A stretch of 64,000 bases of DNA from an uncultured Clostridia bacterium (GTDB taxonomy: Bacteria > Bacillota > Clostridia > Christensenellales > Borkfalkiaceae): the NCBI GenBank assembly GCA_934247935.1, contig CAKQKE010000003.1:12964-76963 (forward strand), given 5' to 3'. Position numbers and translations under genes: made by a program. Each line of letters opens with the position of its first letter. The first letter of the stretch is position 1. This document shows, one piece after another, positions 40,501 through 49,177 of this stretch. The notes below the pieces were generated by a model. It was not told the origin of the DNA. It saw only the letters and a list, made by a program, of their open reading frames with translations, and did no database searches.

Positions 40501-41237
40501 CTCATGCCCTTTACCGTAAACCAACTTCTCGAAGTGTCTTCTCTGTTGTTTACGTTGTTGAATGCAGGCATAACCGCAACCTTTTCCGGTGCTTCGGTAA
40601 GCCCTAAAGATTCCCAAGGCAAAAATGCCTCTGCCGAATACCCGGTCGCACCGTCTGCGACGTTTATTTCGCCGTTTACTTTAGCCGCGGTAAGCACTTT
40701 GAAATGACCTTGAACCCACGGATAACCGCCCGTGAACCTTCCGTACCAGGTTTGGTTTTTGCCCAAAGCGTTTATTCTCACCTGCACGCAGTCGGTGCGC
40801 ACCTGAATGAGAGAATTGAGCGAGTCGAGCGTAATCGTGTCGGCGGGACGTGGGTCGATGTAATATTCTATCGAGTCGTTTTCAAAAAACTGCTTGTCGT
40901 CGGAATAATACACGCTCGTGTCGTCCGTTTGGGTGTAAAGATATAAACCGTTTACTCCTATTTTTACCCATGTCGTGACGGTAATGCCCGATTTTGTCTC
41001 GGTGAAAGACAAACTCTTGTCTCCGTACATATCTTCTTTGATTCCGTCAATCGCCATGCCTTCGTCCAAAGTTACGTCTGAATTGTCGCTGCCCGAGTCG
41101 CTGTCTTGCGAAGTGTCGGTACTCGTGTCGGTGTCGGTATTGCTTTCGCTATCGCCGCCGAACCCGCCGCACGCCGTCGCAAATGACAAAGTCAATATGC
41201 AAATAAGTGTCATTAATAATAGTAATATTTTTTTCAT
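37587..41237 (-). CDS. Giant secreted lipoprotein: sugar-binding (CBM9/DOMON-like) modules, a ConA-like module and an SGNH/GDSL esterase domain
   Basis: Start at MKKILLLLMTLICILTLSFATACGG (AGGAGGGA RBS). SGNH blocks are IAGHSYME, GISGS, GCNDL and DGLHPT. The CBM9-like call comes from SIEYYIDPRP and is tentative. Confidence 0.75.
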   Translation of the reverse strand: MKKILLLLMTLICILTLSFATACGGFGGDSESNTDTDTSTDTSQDSDSGSDNSDVTLDEGMAIDGIKEDMYGDKSLSFTETKSGITVTTWVKIGVNGLYLYTQTDDTSVYYSDDKQFFENDSIEYYIDPRPADTITLDSLNSLIQVRTDCVQVRINALGKNQTWYGRFTGGYPWVQGHFKVLTAAKVNGEINVADGATGYSAEAFLPWESLGLTEAPEKVAVMPAFNNVNNREDTSRSWFTVKGMSHSLPTGYAQVDANGFVDVGLETQPQKQLDCNFDEQTYQGATLQLKEVDENNFGEEVRAETKAAILDDGVYFIAKIKDKVMSSGSDNIWNNDGIEILIGTLKDYKSTVFNNGYYRIGVDVDGGYEIDIGVSGHGDYVPVYDALFNKVTVKQIDSTSKYGYKYEYVYEVMIPYSTLGLTEKPQSLTFAYAVKTPNESAYICDRMNGEGQQEAQDWLWANKHYPQNPIEFYKLENDGIVSDEYDFPAWTDWKDCAYQSDAPERYNYRGKSASDGLYINFVQYVDTYKRGNVGGVWKNITHVETEVFNHGIGYGWSGTYFGFFMDGSYYVNNTNNINRIVNQVTVTDRGETYDGFRYEISYEIYISFPNNVGSPDGPYAYVQLMSYTPGETHDGYENATQITKDGDRDLWKDDGNSYNFRANGIADRDNPAYADTSLPAYTHTAKQGEVQLKDNKILYSRAYGTVAINDSFTLNEGTYSASLINISDSRAGIVFGYKEEANVSSYYALYVSKINWFVGLSKFENGQETVIGTNYLTASFFTNQSFPIKVEIKDGKYYCYYFKTLYFTSDYDGGESIGFMADAPGAELCNVTVSTEVENREVDTLIAGHSYMELWSNYKNDLRDVKGIGSVYNEGISGSVADDWVKLVPSVKAYNPKLLIYYIGCNDLFRGLSVETAFTNVEKFVTGVHEVLPDTKILLFAVNHCVSTNTNGLKQKIIELNKLYKDLAENNSDYVVYIDVENVFCDENGEVNAAWFTDGLHPTVAGYKLITEKINKALGNDEVTKSVFDSVEWPAWDSEICVHSSSPDRYEYRGFAADDGLYVNFKQYVDNYTVLGGDKGWQEGTHIEMKVYNHGVGYGWGGTYLAFFLDGSYYLNSNNNVTGFEYRVNITDRGEDFDGFRYEINYEIYFGFANNLDNPQDGPYGYVWLLSYTPGETDKGYENSVQHDQDGRLLWKDNCVSYQFSRGGIVAKMQS

Positions 41238-41361
41238 TTTTTCCCTCCTATATTTTATACGCAAATTTTACACGGCATCGAGTAACAACAAATATAAAAC
41301 ATTGACTTTTTTAATACTTAATTCGTTTTATACTCGTTTCGTCAAACTTATAAATTTTATA

Positions 41362-41388
41362 GTCGTTTTGCCCGAAAATATGTAAAAG
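41362..41388. repeat. Degenerate copy of the palindrome family
   Basis: GTCGTTTTGCCCGAAAATATGTAAAAG. Compare copy G: GTCGTTTTTACGCAATACGTGTTATGTAAAAG. Confidence 0.4.
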
Positions 41389-41697
41389 TTGCGTCAATTA
41401 TTTCTTTTTTAACGGTCTTGTTTTATTAAATGCGTTTTATCGTGCGTGTTTTTGTGCGTATTTTTGCGTAAATTTTTACACGCGTTTCATTTTGCGCCCC
41501 GCAAAACCGTCTCGATTATAAATATATTAAATCACGCAAAAATGCGTTTGAAAATAGTAACCTTCACTTAAACGATTGCAAAAATCACAATTTTTCTTGC
41601 CTTAATAATTGCCGACAGCCGCAATTTTATTTACTGCGTCAAGCCGCCGAAAATTACCTTTTCTTATTATAATAAACTGCCGATAATCACAATCTAC

Positions 41698-43233
41698 TTA
41701 CTGAGCCAAATTACCTATAATCATTACTTCGCTAAGCGCAACTCCGCCGCTTGTGATAAGCGAAACTTCTTTTGCCGTCGTTTCGTCTTTAAACAGCACC
41801 GCCGCGCAACTTCCTACGATTTTTATTTCGTAATCGTACTCGTCGATATAGCGATTTTTATCGCTGAATTTTATATTATAAGTCTTACTCCCTACCTTTA
41901 CTGTAATCGTTTTTGCACTCGTAAAATAGTCTGCGCTGTCGTAAATCATGACGCCTTTACACGATACGTCTTGCGTAAAGTTGAATTTTACCGTACTTTT
42001 CGAGTTGAAAAGACGTTCTTTTTCTTCAACTAACGAATAGTTGTAATTGATTATTCCGTCTTTAAGTTTTTCGTCTCCGGAAGCAACTGTAGAATAAGGG
42101 GTAAGATTGATATACTTACCGCTGCCCGACGGCAAAAGTTGAGGAGTAACAGACGGTCCGTTTACGACGGGATTGCCGTTTTCATCGAAAACCAATCTGT
42201 CGAAAGCAATTTTTCTTTGCGAGCCGCCGTTTGCCGTATCGACGTGACAATGATAAGCCATAAACAGTTCTTTTTTATCGGGAGAAGGAAACACGCTGCA
42301 GTGACCCGTACCCGAAACCCACGTCCAATCGGCATTGACTGCCAATATGGGATTGCTTTCGGGTTTCTCAAAGTTTTTAAGAGGATTGTCGCTTATCGCA
42401 ACGCCCACAGAATAATTATTTTTTTGATAATAGTTTGCCGAATAGAAAAGCATATATTTGCCGCCGTGTTTAACCATAAAAGGTGCTTCGTTCCACTTGT
42501 TGACAGAATTAAGCCCTTCCCATTTTTGCGAAGGATAGACAAGCGGCTCGGCGGTCACGCTACCCTTTTCCACACTGACCATATCGCTTTGAAGTTTGCA
42601 CCCGTAAATAGAAGAAACCTTGTCTTTCTGGTCTTGAGAAAAATATAAATACACGTCGCCGTTGTCATCGATAAACGGGCTTGGGTCAATTACCGCATAG
42701 CCGAAATCGAACGGACATTCTTCTTTTGTGTAAGTTTTGCCGCCGAATTCACCTTCTATTTCCTTAAAAGGTCCTTCGGGGCTATCAGAAACGGCGAGAC
42801 CAATTCCCAAACGGTTTTTCAAAATATCGAACCCGGAATAATACATGTAATATTTACCGCTTTTTTCAATGACTTCGGGAGCCCAAAGAGTGTTGACCGC
42901 CCAAGCCGTGCGCGCGGGAGTAAACACGTTGCCGATTAAAGTCCAGTCGGTGAGATTTTTCGACTTCCAACCTCTTATATAAGAACAATCCATGTCCGCT
43001 TCGGCGTTGGTCGCGTACATATAAAAGGTATCGCCGACGGTAATAACACTTGGGTCGGCGGCTTTCACAGTGCCATCGTTGCGGTAAAACACCGTTTTGT
43101 CAATCCTGCAATCGCTTGTTGAATAATCGGTATAACTATCGCTTTTATCTTCTTTGTCGGCACAAGCGAACATAACCGCTATCGACACGCAAGATAAAAC
43201 CAAGCACAAAAGTTTTTTAAATATATTTTTCAT
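41698..43233 (-). CDS. Glycoside hydrolase family 43 lipoprotein (arabinofuranosidase / xylosidase type) with a C-terminal accessory domain
   Basis: DPSVITVGDTFYMYAT and LWAPEVIEKSGKYYMYYS motifs. Lipobox MFACAD. Start at ATG 43233 (GGAGTGG RBS). Confidence 0.85.
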   Translation of the reverse strand: MKNIFKKLLCLVLSCVSIAVMFACADKEDKSDSYTDYSTSDCRIDKTVFYRNDGTVKAADPSVITVGDTFYMYATNAEADMDCSYIRGWKSKNLTDWTLIGNVFTPARTAWAVNTLWAPEVIEKSGKYYMYYSGFDILKNRLGIGLAVSDSPEGPFKEIEGEFGGKTYTKEECPFDFGYAVIDPSPFIDDNGDVYLYFSQDQKDKVSSIYGCKLQSDMVSVEKGSVTAEPLVYPSQKWEGLNSVNKWNEAPFMVKHGGKYMLFYSANYYQKNNYSVGVAISDNPLKNFEKPESNPILAVNADWTWVSGTGHCSVFPSPDKKELFMAYHCHVDTANGGSQRKIAFDRLVFDENGNPVVNGPSVTPQLLPSGSGKYINLTPYSTVASGDEKLKDGIINYNYSLVEEKERLFNSKSTVKFNFTQDVSCKGVMIYDSADYFTSAKTITVKVGSKTYNIKFSDKNRYIDEYDYEIKIVGSCAAVLFKDETTAKEVSLITSGGVALSEVMIIGNLAQ

Positions 43234-43267
43234 AACCACTCCGAATTTTTAATTTGATTTTTTGTTT

Positions 43268-43357
43268 GACTGTCGCCGCAAACTTTAAATAACCATTGTC
43301 TGATGACTGCCGAAAACTTTAAGCACCGCTCATTTCACAGTCGTCGCACAACTTTAA
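43268..43357 (-). promoter_or_regulatory. Three direct repeats (minus strand TTAAAGTT + G/C-rich tail) upstream of the GH43 gene; candidate activator sites
   Basis: Plus strand: GACTGTCGCCGCAAACTTTAA (43268-43288), GACTGCCGAAAACTTTAA (43305-43322) and CAGTCGTCGCACAACTTTAA (43338-43357). Confidence 0.45.
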
Positions 43358-43421
43358 TCAATCACATGACCGAATTTGATTCTATTTAAACGACGAATTA
43401 CCACATTTTTTAATTTTCTGT

Positions 43422-43453
43422 CGTTTTTACGCAATACGTGTTATGTAAAAGCG
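43422..43453. repeat. Copy G of the palindrome family, followed by a second small hairpin at 43452-43474
   Basis: CGTTTTTACGCAATACGTGTTATGTAAAAGCG, then CGTATTTT-N7-AAAATACG. Confidence 0.75.
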
Positions 43454-43502
43454 TATTTTACTGTGCAAAATACGTCTGCTCGTTTATTTGAAATTTTTAC
43501 TT

Positions 43503-44348
43503 CTAATCTTTTAGACCGGTCGATGCTATTCCTTGAATGAGTTGCTTTTGCGCAACGAAATAAAGTATTAACATAGGTATCATTATAATGATACAGCAAG
43601 CCATGATTTTGGGAAAATTACTTTCTGCGCTGCCCGTCATCAATCTTAAAACAAGTTGTAAAGTATATTTACTTCTCGTATCTATATAAAGCATAGGACC
43701 GAAATAATCGTTGTATCCCGCGATAAACCAAAGTACCATTTGAGCGACGAGTGCGGGTGCGGAAAGAGGAATAATTATTCTTATAAACGTTCCGAATTTT
43801 CCCAGTCCGTCTATTTCGGCAGCCTCTGTCATCTCCTTGGGTATGCCGTAAAAATATTGTCTTAAAAAGAACATACAACTTACCGTACCGAAAGCGTTGG
43901 GTATCATCAAAGGTTTGTACGAATCGGTCCAGCCTATCATGTCATAAATTACGTATGCGGGCGTCATTGTAATTACCCCCGGCAACATCATCGAAAATAT
44001 CAACACGGCGAACATCACGCCCTTGCCTTTGAAATTAAGTTTTGCAAAAGCGTACGCCGACAACGCCGATGTGAACACTCCTGTTATCATTATCGGCACA
44101 ACCACTATAAGGGTGTTTGTAAGTCCCGTCCAGACAGACGGCGAATTTATCACTTGTTTATACGATTTTAAATCGATATAACCCCTGAAGAATCTGAAAG
44201 GCACTTTGGTCGAATCGGCATACGTCTGAAACGAAGTTGCCAGAATCACCAAAAACGGCAGAATAACAAGCAAGCATGCAATTACAAGCACGATATAAGC
44301 GACTATGTTTGCGGGCTGAACTTTTTTTGTCTGTTTAGTCTCAATCAT
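43503..44348 (-). CDS. Carbohydrate ABC transporter permease (MalG-like)
   Basis: EAAEIDGLGKFGTFIRIIIPLSAPAL is the EAA loop. Confidence 0.9.
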   Translation of the reverse strand: MIETKQTKKVQPANIVAYIVLVIACLLVILPFLVILATSFQTYADSTKVPFRFFRGYIDLKSYKQVINSPSVWTGLTNTLIVVVPIMITGVFTSALSAYAFAKLNFKGKGVMFAVLIFSMMLPGVITMTPAYVIYDMIGWTDSYKPLMIPNAFGTVSCMFFLRQYFYGIPKEMTEAAEIDGLGKFGTFIRIIIPLSAPALVAQMVLWFIAGYNDYFGPMLYIDTRSKYTLQLVLRLMTGSAESNFPKIMACCIIIMIPMLILYFVAQKQLIQGIASTGLKD

Positions 44349-45429
44349 AGTGCACCCACCTTTTACTCAATCCGAAATTGATTGCGGTAAATACCATTAT
44401 TATAAGTCCGACAAGCCAACTCATCGCTGCGGCATAACCCATGCCGTAAGTGCGCTTGTCGAGGTTAAATGCAATGTCCCACACCCTGAAAACCATAGTC
44501 AACGTGCTGTTTTCCGGTCCGCCGTTAGGGGTCATTATCTGGAAGTTTGCAAAACTTTGAAGCGCGCCTATAAATCCCATTACGGCAAGATAAAATGTAG
44601 TCGGGGAAACAAGCGGGAAAGTTATCGTGAAAAACACCTTTAAACTACTCGCCCCGTCGAGCATTGCCGCCTCGTAATAAGATTTGTTTATGGCAGACAG
44701 TGCCGCAGAATACAAAATCATATTAAAGCCGAGACCGCCCCACACGCTTGTCAGAATCATTACGGGCATTGCCGTGCGCACGTCGCCCAGCCAATTTATT
44801 CTCTCGGCATGGAAAAAATCCATTATCGTATTGAGTATGCCGTAATTATATTCAAACACCCATTTCCACATTGTAGATATTGCCACAGCCGAGCAAATGT
44901 ACGGCAAAAACAATATCATTCTGAAACCCTTTTTAAATGCTATTTTTCTGTTTAAAAAAGACGCGAGAACAAGCGACAACGCAATGGATATAAATACCGT
45001 AAAAAATGCATACACGAAAGTGTTGCCCACCGATTTGAAAAATTTGTCGTCTTCGGTGAATATCCTTATATAGTTTTCAAACTTCACGGGTTGCATGTCC
45101 CTTAAATCGAAAGTCCTGAGTTTCCCGAACGAAAGTATCAAAGAAATGACGAGCGGAATAAAACCGAACAATAAAAACCCTATTAAAGGAGACGAAGCGA
45201 AAAGTATCCCTTGCAAATTGTCTAAAATTTTTCTCTTGTTTTTTTGTTTTTTTATAATTAACTCATTGGATAAAGGTTCGCATCCCGAACTCACCTTTTC
45301 CGCAGGCGTTTTATCGGATTTGTCGCTCAATTCGACGGCTGAAATGTTTATGCCGTCGTTTTCGCCGACGCTTAAAAGATTTATACCGTCGTTTTCGTCG
45401 ACGGTTTCCGATTTATCGCAAAGTTTCAT
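44341..45429 (-). CDS. Carbohydrate ABC transporter permease (MalF-like) with an N-terminal extension of about 70 aa
   Basis: EAAMLDGASSLKVFFTITFPLVSPT. Start at ATG 45429 (GGAGGGG RBS); the track start at 45441 is a GTG inside the RBS. Confidence 0.85.
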   Translation of the reverse strand: MKLCDKSETVDENDGINLLSVGENDGINISAVELSDKSDKTPAEKVSSGCEPLSNELIIKKQKNKRKILDNLQGILFASSPLIGFLLFGFIPLVISLILSFGKLRTFDLRDMQPVKFENYIRIFTEDDKFFKSVGNTFVYAFFTVFISIALSLVLASFLNRKIAFKKGFRMILFLPYICSAVAISTMWKWVFEYNYGILNTIMDFFHAERINWLGDVRTAMPVMILTSVWGGLGFNMILYSAALSAINKSYYEAAMLDGASSLKVFFTITFPLVSPTTFYLAVMGFIGALQSFANFQIMTPNGGPENSTLTMVFRVWDIAFNLDKRTYGMGYAAAMSWLVGLIIMVFTAINFGLSKRWVHYD

Positions 45430-45493
45430 TTTCCCCTCCACAATAGAGCAAAATCGCTATTTTTTGTGTTAAACATCGTTTTACGTTTTAAAA

Positions 45494-47086
45494 TCAGTTT
45501 TTGTAATAATTATCTATTATAGTTTGAGTTTTCGAGCCGTGCAACTGCTCCAATTTTTCCAGAGTCATACTGCCCATAAGCACTTTATTATTTAAATCGT
45601 CAGCCCACTCGTTTATCCATGCCTTGCTGGGAAGATATCCCCAGTCTCCCGTCTTCTGATAATAAGCGGCATCGACGAATATTTGTGAATTTGCGGGTTT
45701 TTTGCCAGGCTGCAAGAAAGTGTCACTTTGAGAAAGTGCCATGGTGTTGGGAATGGTAAATCCTTCCTCGGCAAAAACCTCTTCTCCTCTTTGGCCCGCC
45801 ATAAACTCGATAAATTTCCAAGCGGCGTCTTTTTTCTTGCTTTTTGAAGGTATAGCATATGCAAGCGAACCGCTGTGACCCGCCGCAACGCCGTCTTTAT
45901 ATTTAGGAAGCGGAGCAACGTCCCAATCAAACTCGGATTTACCCGATATCGTCTTGCGGAAAATACCTACGGCATATCTCGTATCGATAAGCATTGCACA
46001 TTGAGCGGAAGAGAAAAGTCCGTAGTTTGAGTTTGACGCCGAAACGTCGGGCTTGGGCGAAACTTGATATTTCACGGATAAATCCACGAAATATTGCATT
46101 GCCTCACGCTCGGACGGAAGTTGATTGCATTTTTCTTTTTGCCCGTCCGTAAGATAAGATTTGTCGGTATAAGAAATTATTTCGCCACCCGTGTATTCGG
46201 TCGAATTTACCGTAAACGATTCACCCTCTTTCACTATATAATTCTTTTGGTCGTCGAAAAGCGTAAACTCGTATTTACCGCCCGTTGCGAGACTGTCGTC
46301 CTTTACCCATTCGAGGCAGTTTCCGCCGACCGACCAACCGAAACAGAACCAATTTATCACGTACAAACCGTACTTTGTGATACTGTGGTCGTTTCTAACG
46401 GGTGCGGAAGTGTTTGAAGTGAGTTTTTGAGAAAGAGATAAAAATTCTTCCCAAGTGGTTGCGATTTTATTGTTGAAATACCACTTGTCGTCTTTTAAAA
46501 AGTACGCGCTGTCGGTGCCGTAAGTCGAAAGCGACTGCTCTTTATCCATTGAAATACACTCTATGCCCACCGCTTTCATCGCGTCGATATTATAAAACAC
46601 GACCGACGGGCTGTAGTCTCTCATTATTCCGTAAAGTTTACCGGTGCCGCCCCTTCTCGATTTTCTGTCGTAACGATAACGATTTACGCCGTCTTCCCAC
46701 ATCTCGTTTAAGTTGATTTCTGTGCTGTTTGCAGCATACGTATCGAGTTCGGCGATATATCCGTCGTCAATCCACGACTTAATTTCGCCGTCGCCGGCAA
46801 TGATTACGTCGGGCACGTTTCTGCCCGCCAAAGCGTTGTTGATCTTCACTTCGTAATCTCCCGACGGAATAGGCGTATATTCAACGTAAATTTTACCTTT
46901 GTTTAAATTGTTGAACTCTTTTCTGAGTTGCTCGGTAAGTTCTTGCTCGGTTTCGTTTCCCCAACCGAAAAACTTTATTGTGACTGCGCCGCCGTTGTCT
47001 CCCCCGCCGCCACCGCAAGCGATTACGTTAAACACGGTAAATACAGTCAATAAAACAGCCAACGCCTTTTTTAATAACGATTTCAT
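45494..47086 (-). CDS. Extracellular solute-binding lipoprotein of the ABC sugar importer
   Basis: Lipobox VFNVIACGGGGG. 530-aa SBP-like sequence. AAGGAG RBS. Confidence 0.85.
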   Translation of the reverse strand: MKSLLKKALAVLLTVFTVFNVIACGGGGGDNGGAVTIKFFGWGNETEQELTEQLRKEFNNLNKGKIYVEYTPIPSGDYEVKINNALAGRNVPDVIIAGDGEIKSWIDDGYIAELDTYAANSTEINLNEMWEDGVNRYRYDRKSRRGGTGKLYGIMRDYSPSVVFYNIDAMKAVGIECISMDKEQSLSTYGTDSAYFLKDDKWYFNNKIATTWEEFLSLSQKLTSNTSAPVRNDHSITKYGLYVINWFCFGWSVGGNCLEWVKDDSLATGGKYEFTLFDDQKNYIVKEGESFTVNSTEYTGGEIISYTDKSYLTDGQKEKCNQLPSEREAMQYFVDLSVKYQVSPKPDVSASNSNYGLFSSAQCAMLIDTRYAVGIFRKTISGKSEFDWDVAPLPKYKDGVAAGHSGSLAYAIPSKSKKKDAAWKFIEFMAGQRGEEVFAEEGFTIPNTMALSQSDTFLQPGKKPANSQIFVDAAYYQKTGDWGYLPSKAWINEWADDLNNKVLMGSMTLEKLEQLHGSKTQTIIDNYYKN

Positions 47087-47147
47087 ATTTTTCTCCTTTT
47101 ATATTTTCGTTTTGTTTATTTGTTTTGTCGGGTCGCGCTTGATTTTC

Positions 47148-47185
47148 AACTTTCATCCGACTTTATCAAACTTTGCCCGACTTTA
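47148..47185 (-). promoter_or_regulatory. Two direct repeats 21 bp apart upstream of the SBP gene; candidate AraC-type operator
   Basis: AACTTTCATCCGACTTTA (47148-47165) and AACTTTGCCCGACTTTA (47169-47185). Confidence 0.45.
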
Positions 47186-47216
47186 CAAATTTACGATTAT
47201 TTAACGGCAACTGCGA

Positions 47217-48980
47217 TTATTTTAATTCCGACATTTCCGTAATTCTTAAATACGTCGCGCCGTAAGGCACGGCTTCTTTTATTTCATTGTCGCCCGCCCT
47301 TACTTTCCCGCCGTTTTCGTCGGGCACGTAATCGTAGTCTTTGCCAAACTCCCAATCCGTTTTCGCAAACGTTCCTTTTATTTTTAAAGGCGGGTTGATT
47401 TTATCGAACGGCTTGTCGTATTCGCACTCGACAACATCGAATTTATCGCCTGCAAAAGCGTATCTCCATTCCGTCTTCGGAGCATACGTATAGTCGCAAA
47501 ACGGAAATTTTCGCTCGACGCCGTCTCTTTCGTACTCTGAAATATTTCTTTCGTAACCTATCGGCAACGAAAACAAAAGAGGTCCGTAATAAAGGCATTT
47601 TCTGCCGTTCGGTCTGTCGATAAGACTCGGCTGCATTTCAAAAGTTCCGGTATATTCCTGTCCTTTTCTCAGCGAAACGCTTTCATAGCCGCCGCTCTTT
47701 CCGTCTTGGTTATAGCGGGGAATTCTCAATAAAATTTCTATATCTCCGTCGGCAACAAGCGAAAAAGTTTTTCTGAATGGATATTCCGATTTGCACTTTA
47801 CGCTTATTCCGTTTAGTTTCACCGTCATCGGCAACGGGCAATTTACGACCAAAGCGTCGCCTTTTTTCATATACGCCGACAAAATAAATTTAGGCCAGCC
47901 TTGACCGAAGTTTGCCGTACAGCAACCGTAATGAGGTTCGAGTCCGAACACGTTTGCATCCGGTCCGTTTGTATTGAAAATTTGCTTATTGAACACGAGA
48001 CTTGCTATCTGATTTACTTGTTGGTCATATTGATGCCCCCACATGTCACCCGTAATTGCGGCGGGTAAACCGTTAAAAGCCACTCTTTCAAGCAAATCGA
48101 CCCACTTGCTTTCACCCGTGCATGCCGTAAGCCATTCGTAACTGTACATCGCCTCAACCACGCCGCACAACTCGCTGCCCCTTGACGGGCTGTTGCCCGA
48201 CAAACACTCGTCTCCCGAAAAATGTCCGTAAGCCGTACCGTGATATTTAAACAGCGTTTCAAGCATTTTTTCGGCAAGACCGATCGGCTTTTCGCCTGTG
48301 ATTTCGCAATATACCGCCTCGCTTTTAAGTGCCATTGCAATATTTACCACGTGAGTGTCGAACGCCCATTCTTTTTTTACTCTGCCCCATAAAGATATCG
48401 ACGCATCGAAGTTTACTCCGAGTGCCTTTAACCGCCTTGCAAGGTAAATGAGCCACTCTTCTTTCCTGCGTTTATACATCCATATAATAGGAATAATACA
48501 CTCGTACCACCTCGATTGCGCCCAATCGTAAGGCGTTTTGCGGTCTATGTATTCATCGAGAAATTTCAAGCATTTGTATACGGCGTATTCAACCGCTTTG
48601 TCCTCTCCCGAACAGTCGGCGTAAACCGTAAGCACCTTATTTATTAAAAACAGCGACCAGATATCTCCGTTTTTACCCTCTTCGCCCTTAGGGTAAAAAC
48701 AACCGTCGTCCGCCTGATGCGAAAGTATATAACTTATATATTTTTTACTGCGCGCCATTTTGTCTTCGTCTCTTAAAAGATACGCCATAGGGATATATCC
48801 GTCGAGAAAATAAGGCAATCGTTCCCAGCCTTCATGGTCGCCGCCGAGCCACTTGCTGTCCTTTACGTCAGGCCAGACTTTGTCAAGATTGCCGCAAAGT
48901 CCGTCTGACTGAGTCTTTAGTTGTTTATATATCCAACCTTCCGGATAAATGTTTTCGGTTTTTAAAAAATCAAATTTCAT
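47217..48980 (-). CDS. GH127-like (DUF1680, beta-L-arabinofuranosidase family) protein
   Basis: GSELCG (E-x-C) and HYGCCTANFGQGWPKF (CC-x-x-N) resemble the Zn/Cys catalytic motifs of HypBA1-type GH127. Start taken at ATG 48980. Confidence 0.65.
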   Translation of the reverse strand: MKFDFLKTENIYPEGWIYKQLKTQSDGLCGNLDKVWPDVKDSKWLGGDHEGWERLPYFLDGYIPMAYLLRDEDKMARSKKYISYILSHQADDGCFYPKGEEGKNGDIWSLFLINKVLTVYADCSGEDKAVEYAVYKCLKFLDEYIDRKTPYDWAQSRWYECIIPIIWMYKRRKEEWLIYLARRLKALGVNFDASISLWGRVKKEWAFDTHVVNIAMALKSEAVYCEITGEKPIGLAEKMLETLFKYHGTAYGHFSGDECLSGNSPSRGSELCGVVEAMYSYEWLTACTGESKWVDLLERVAFNGLPAAITGDMWGHQYDQQVNQIASLVFNKQIFNTNGPDANVFGLEPHYGCCTANFGQGWPKFILSAYMKKGDALVVNCPLPMTVKLNGISVKCKSEYPFRKTFSLVADGDIEILLRIPRYNQDGKSGGYESVSLRKGQEYTGTFEMQPSLIDRPNGRKCLYYGPLLFSLPIGYERNISEYERDGVERKFPFCDYTYAPKTEWRYAFAGDKFDVVECEYDKPFDKINPPLKIKGTFAKTDWEFGKDYDYVPDENGGKVRAGDNEIKEAVPYGATYLRITEMSELK

Positions 48981-49083
48981 ATGCTTTTTTCGTTTTTGAT
49001 AAATTTTCTTTATATTTCTGATAAAAATCGGTTTTTTTGTGTAAAAAATCAAAATTTAAGCCGATTTCCTATGCTTTGACTAT

Positions 49084-49112
49084 ATTGTATCATTTCAAAG
49101 TTGCATTTTCAA
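49084..49112 (-). promoter_or_regulatory. Promoter TTGAAA-17-TACAAT for the GH127-like gene and ABC operon
   Basis: On the minus strand, TTGAAA is at 49112-49107 and TACAAT at 49089-49084. Confidence 0.55.
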
Positions 49113-49133
49113 TATAAAAAAATTAAAAAAATA

Positions 49134-49162
49134 TTGAAAAAATCACAATAGTATGTTATAGT
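49134..49162 (+). promoter_or_regulatory. Promoter TTGAAA-17-TATAGT (TG-extended) for the AraC regulator
   Basis: TTGAAA at 49134-49139 and TATAGT at 49157-49162. Confidence 0.55.
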
Positions 49163-49177
49163 AAAAAAGAGGTATTT

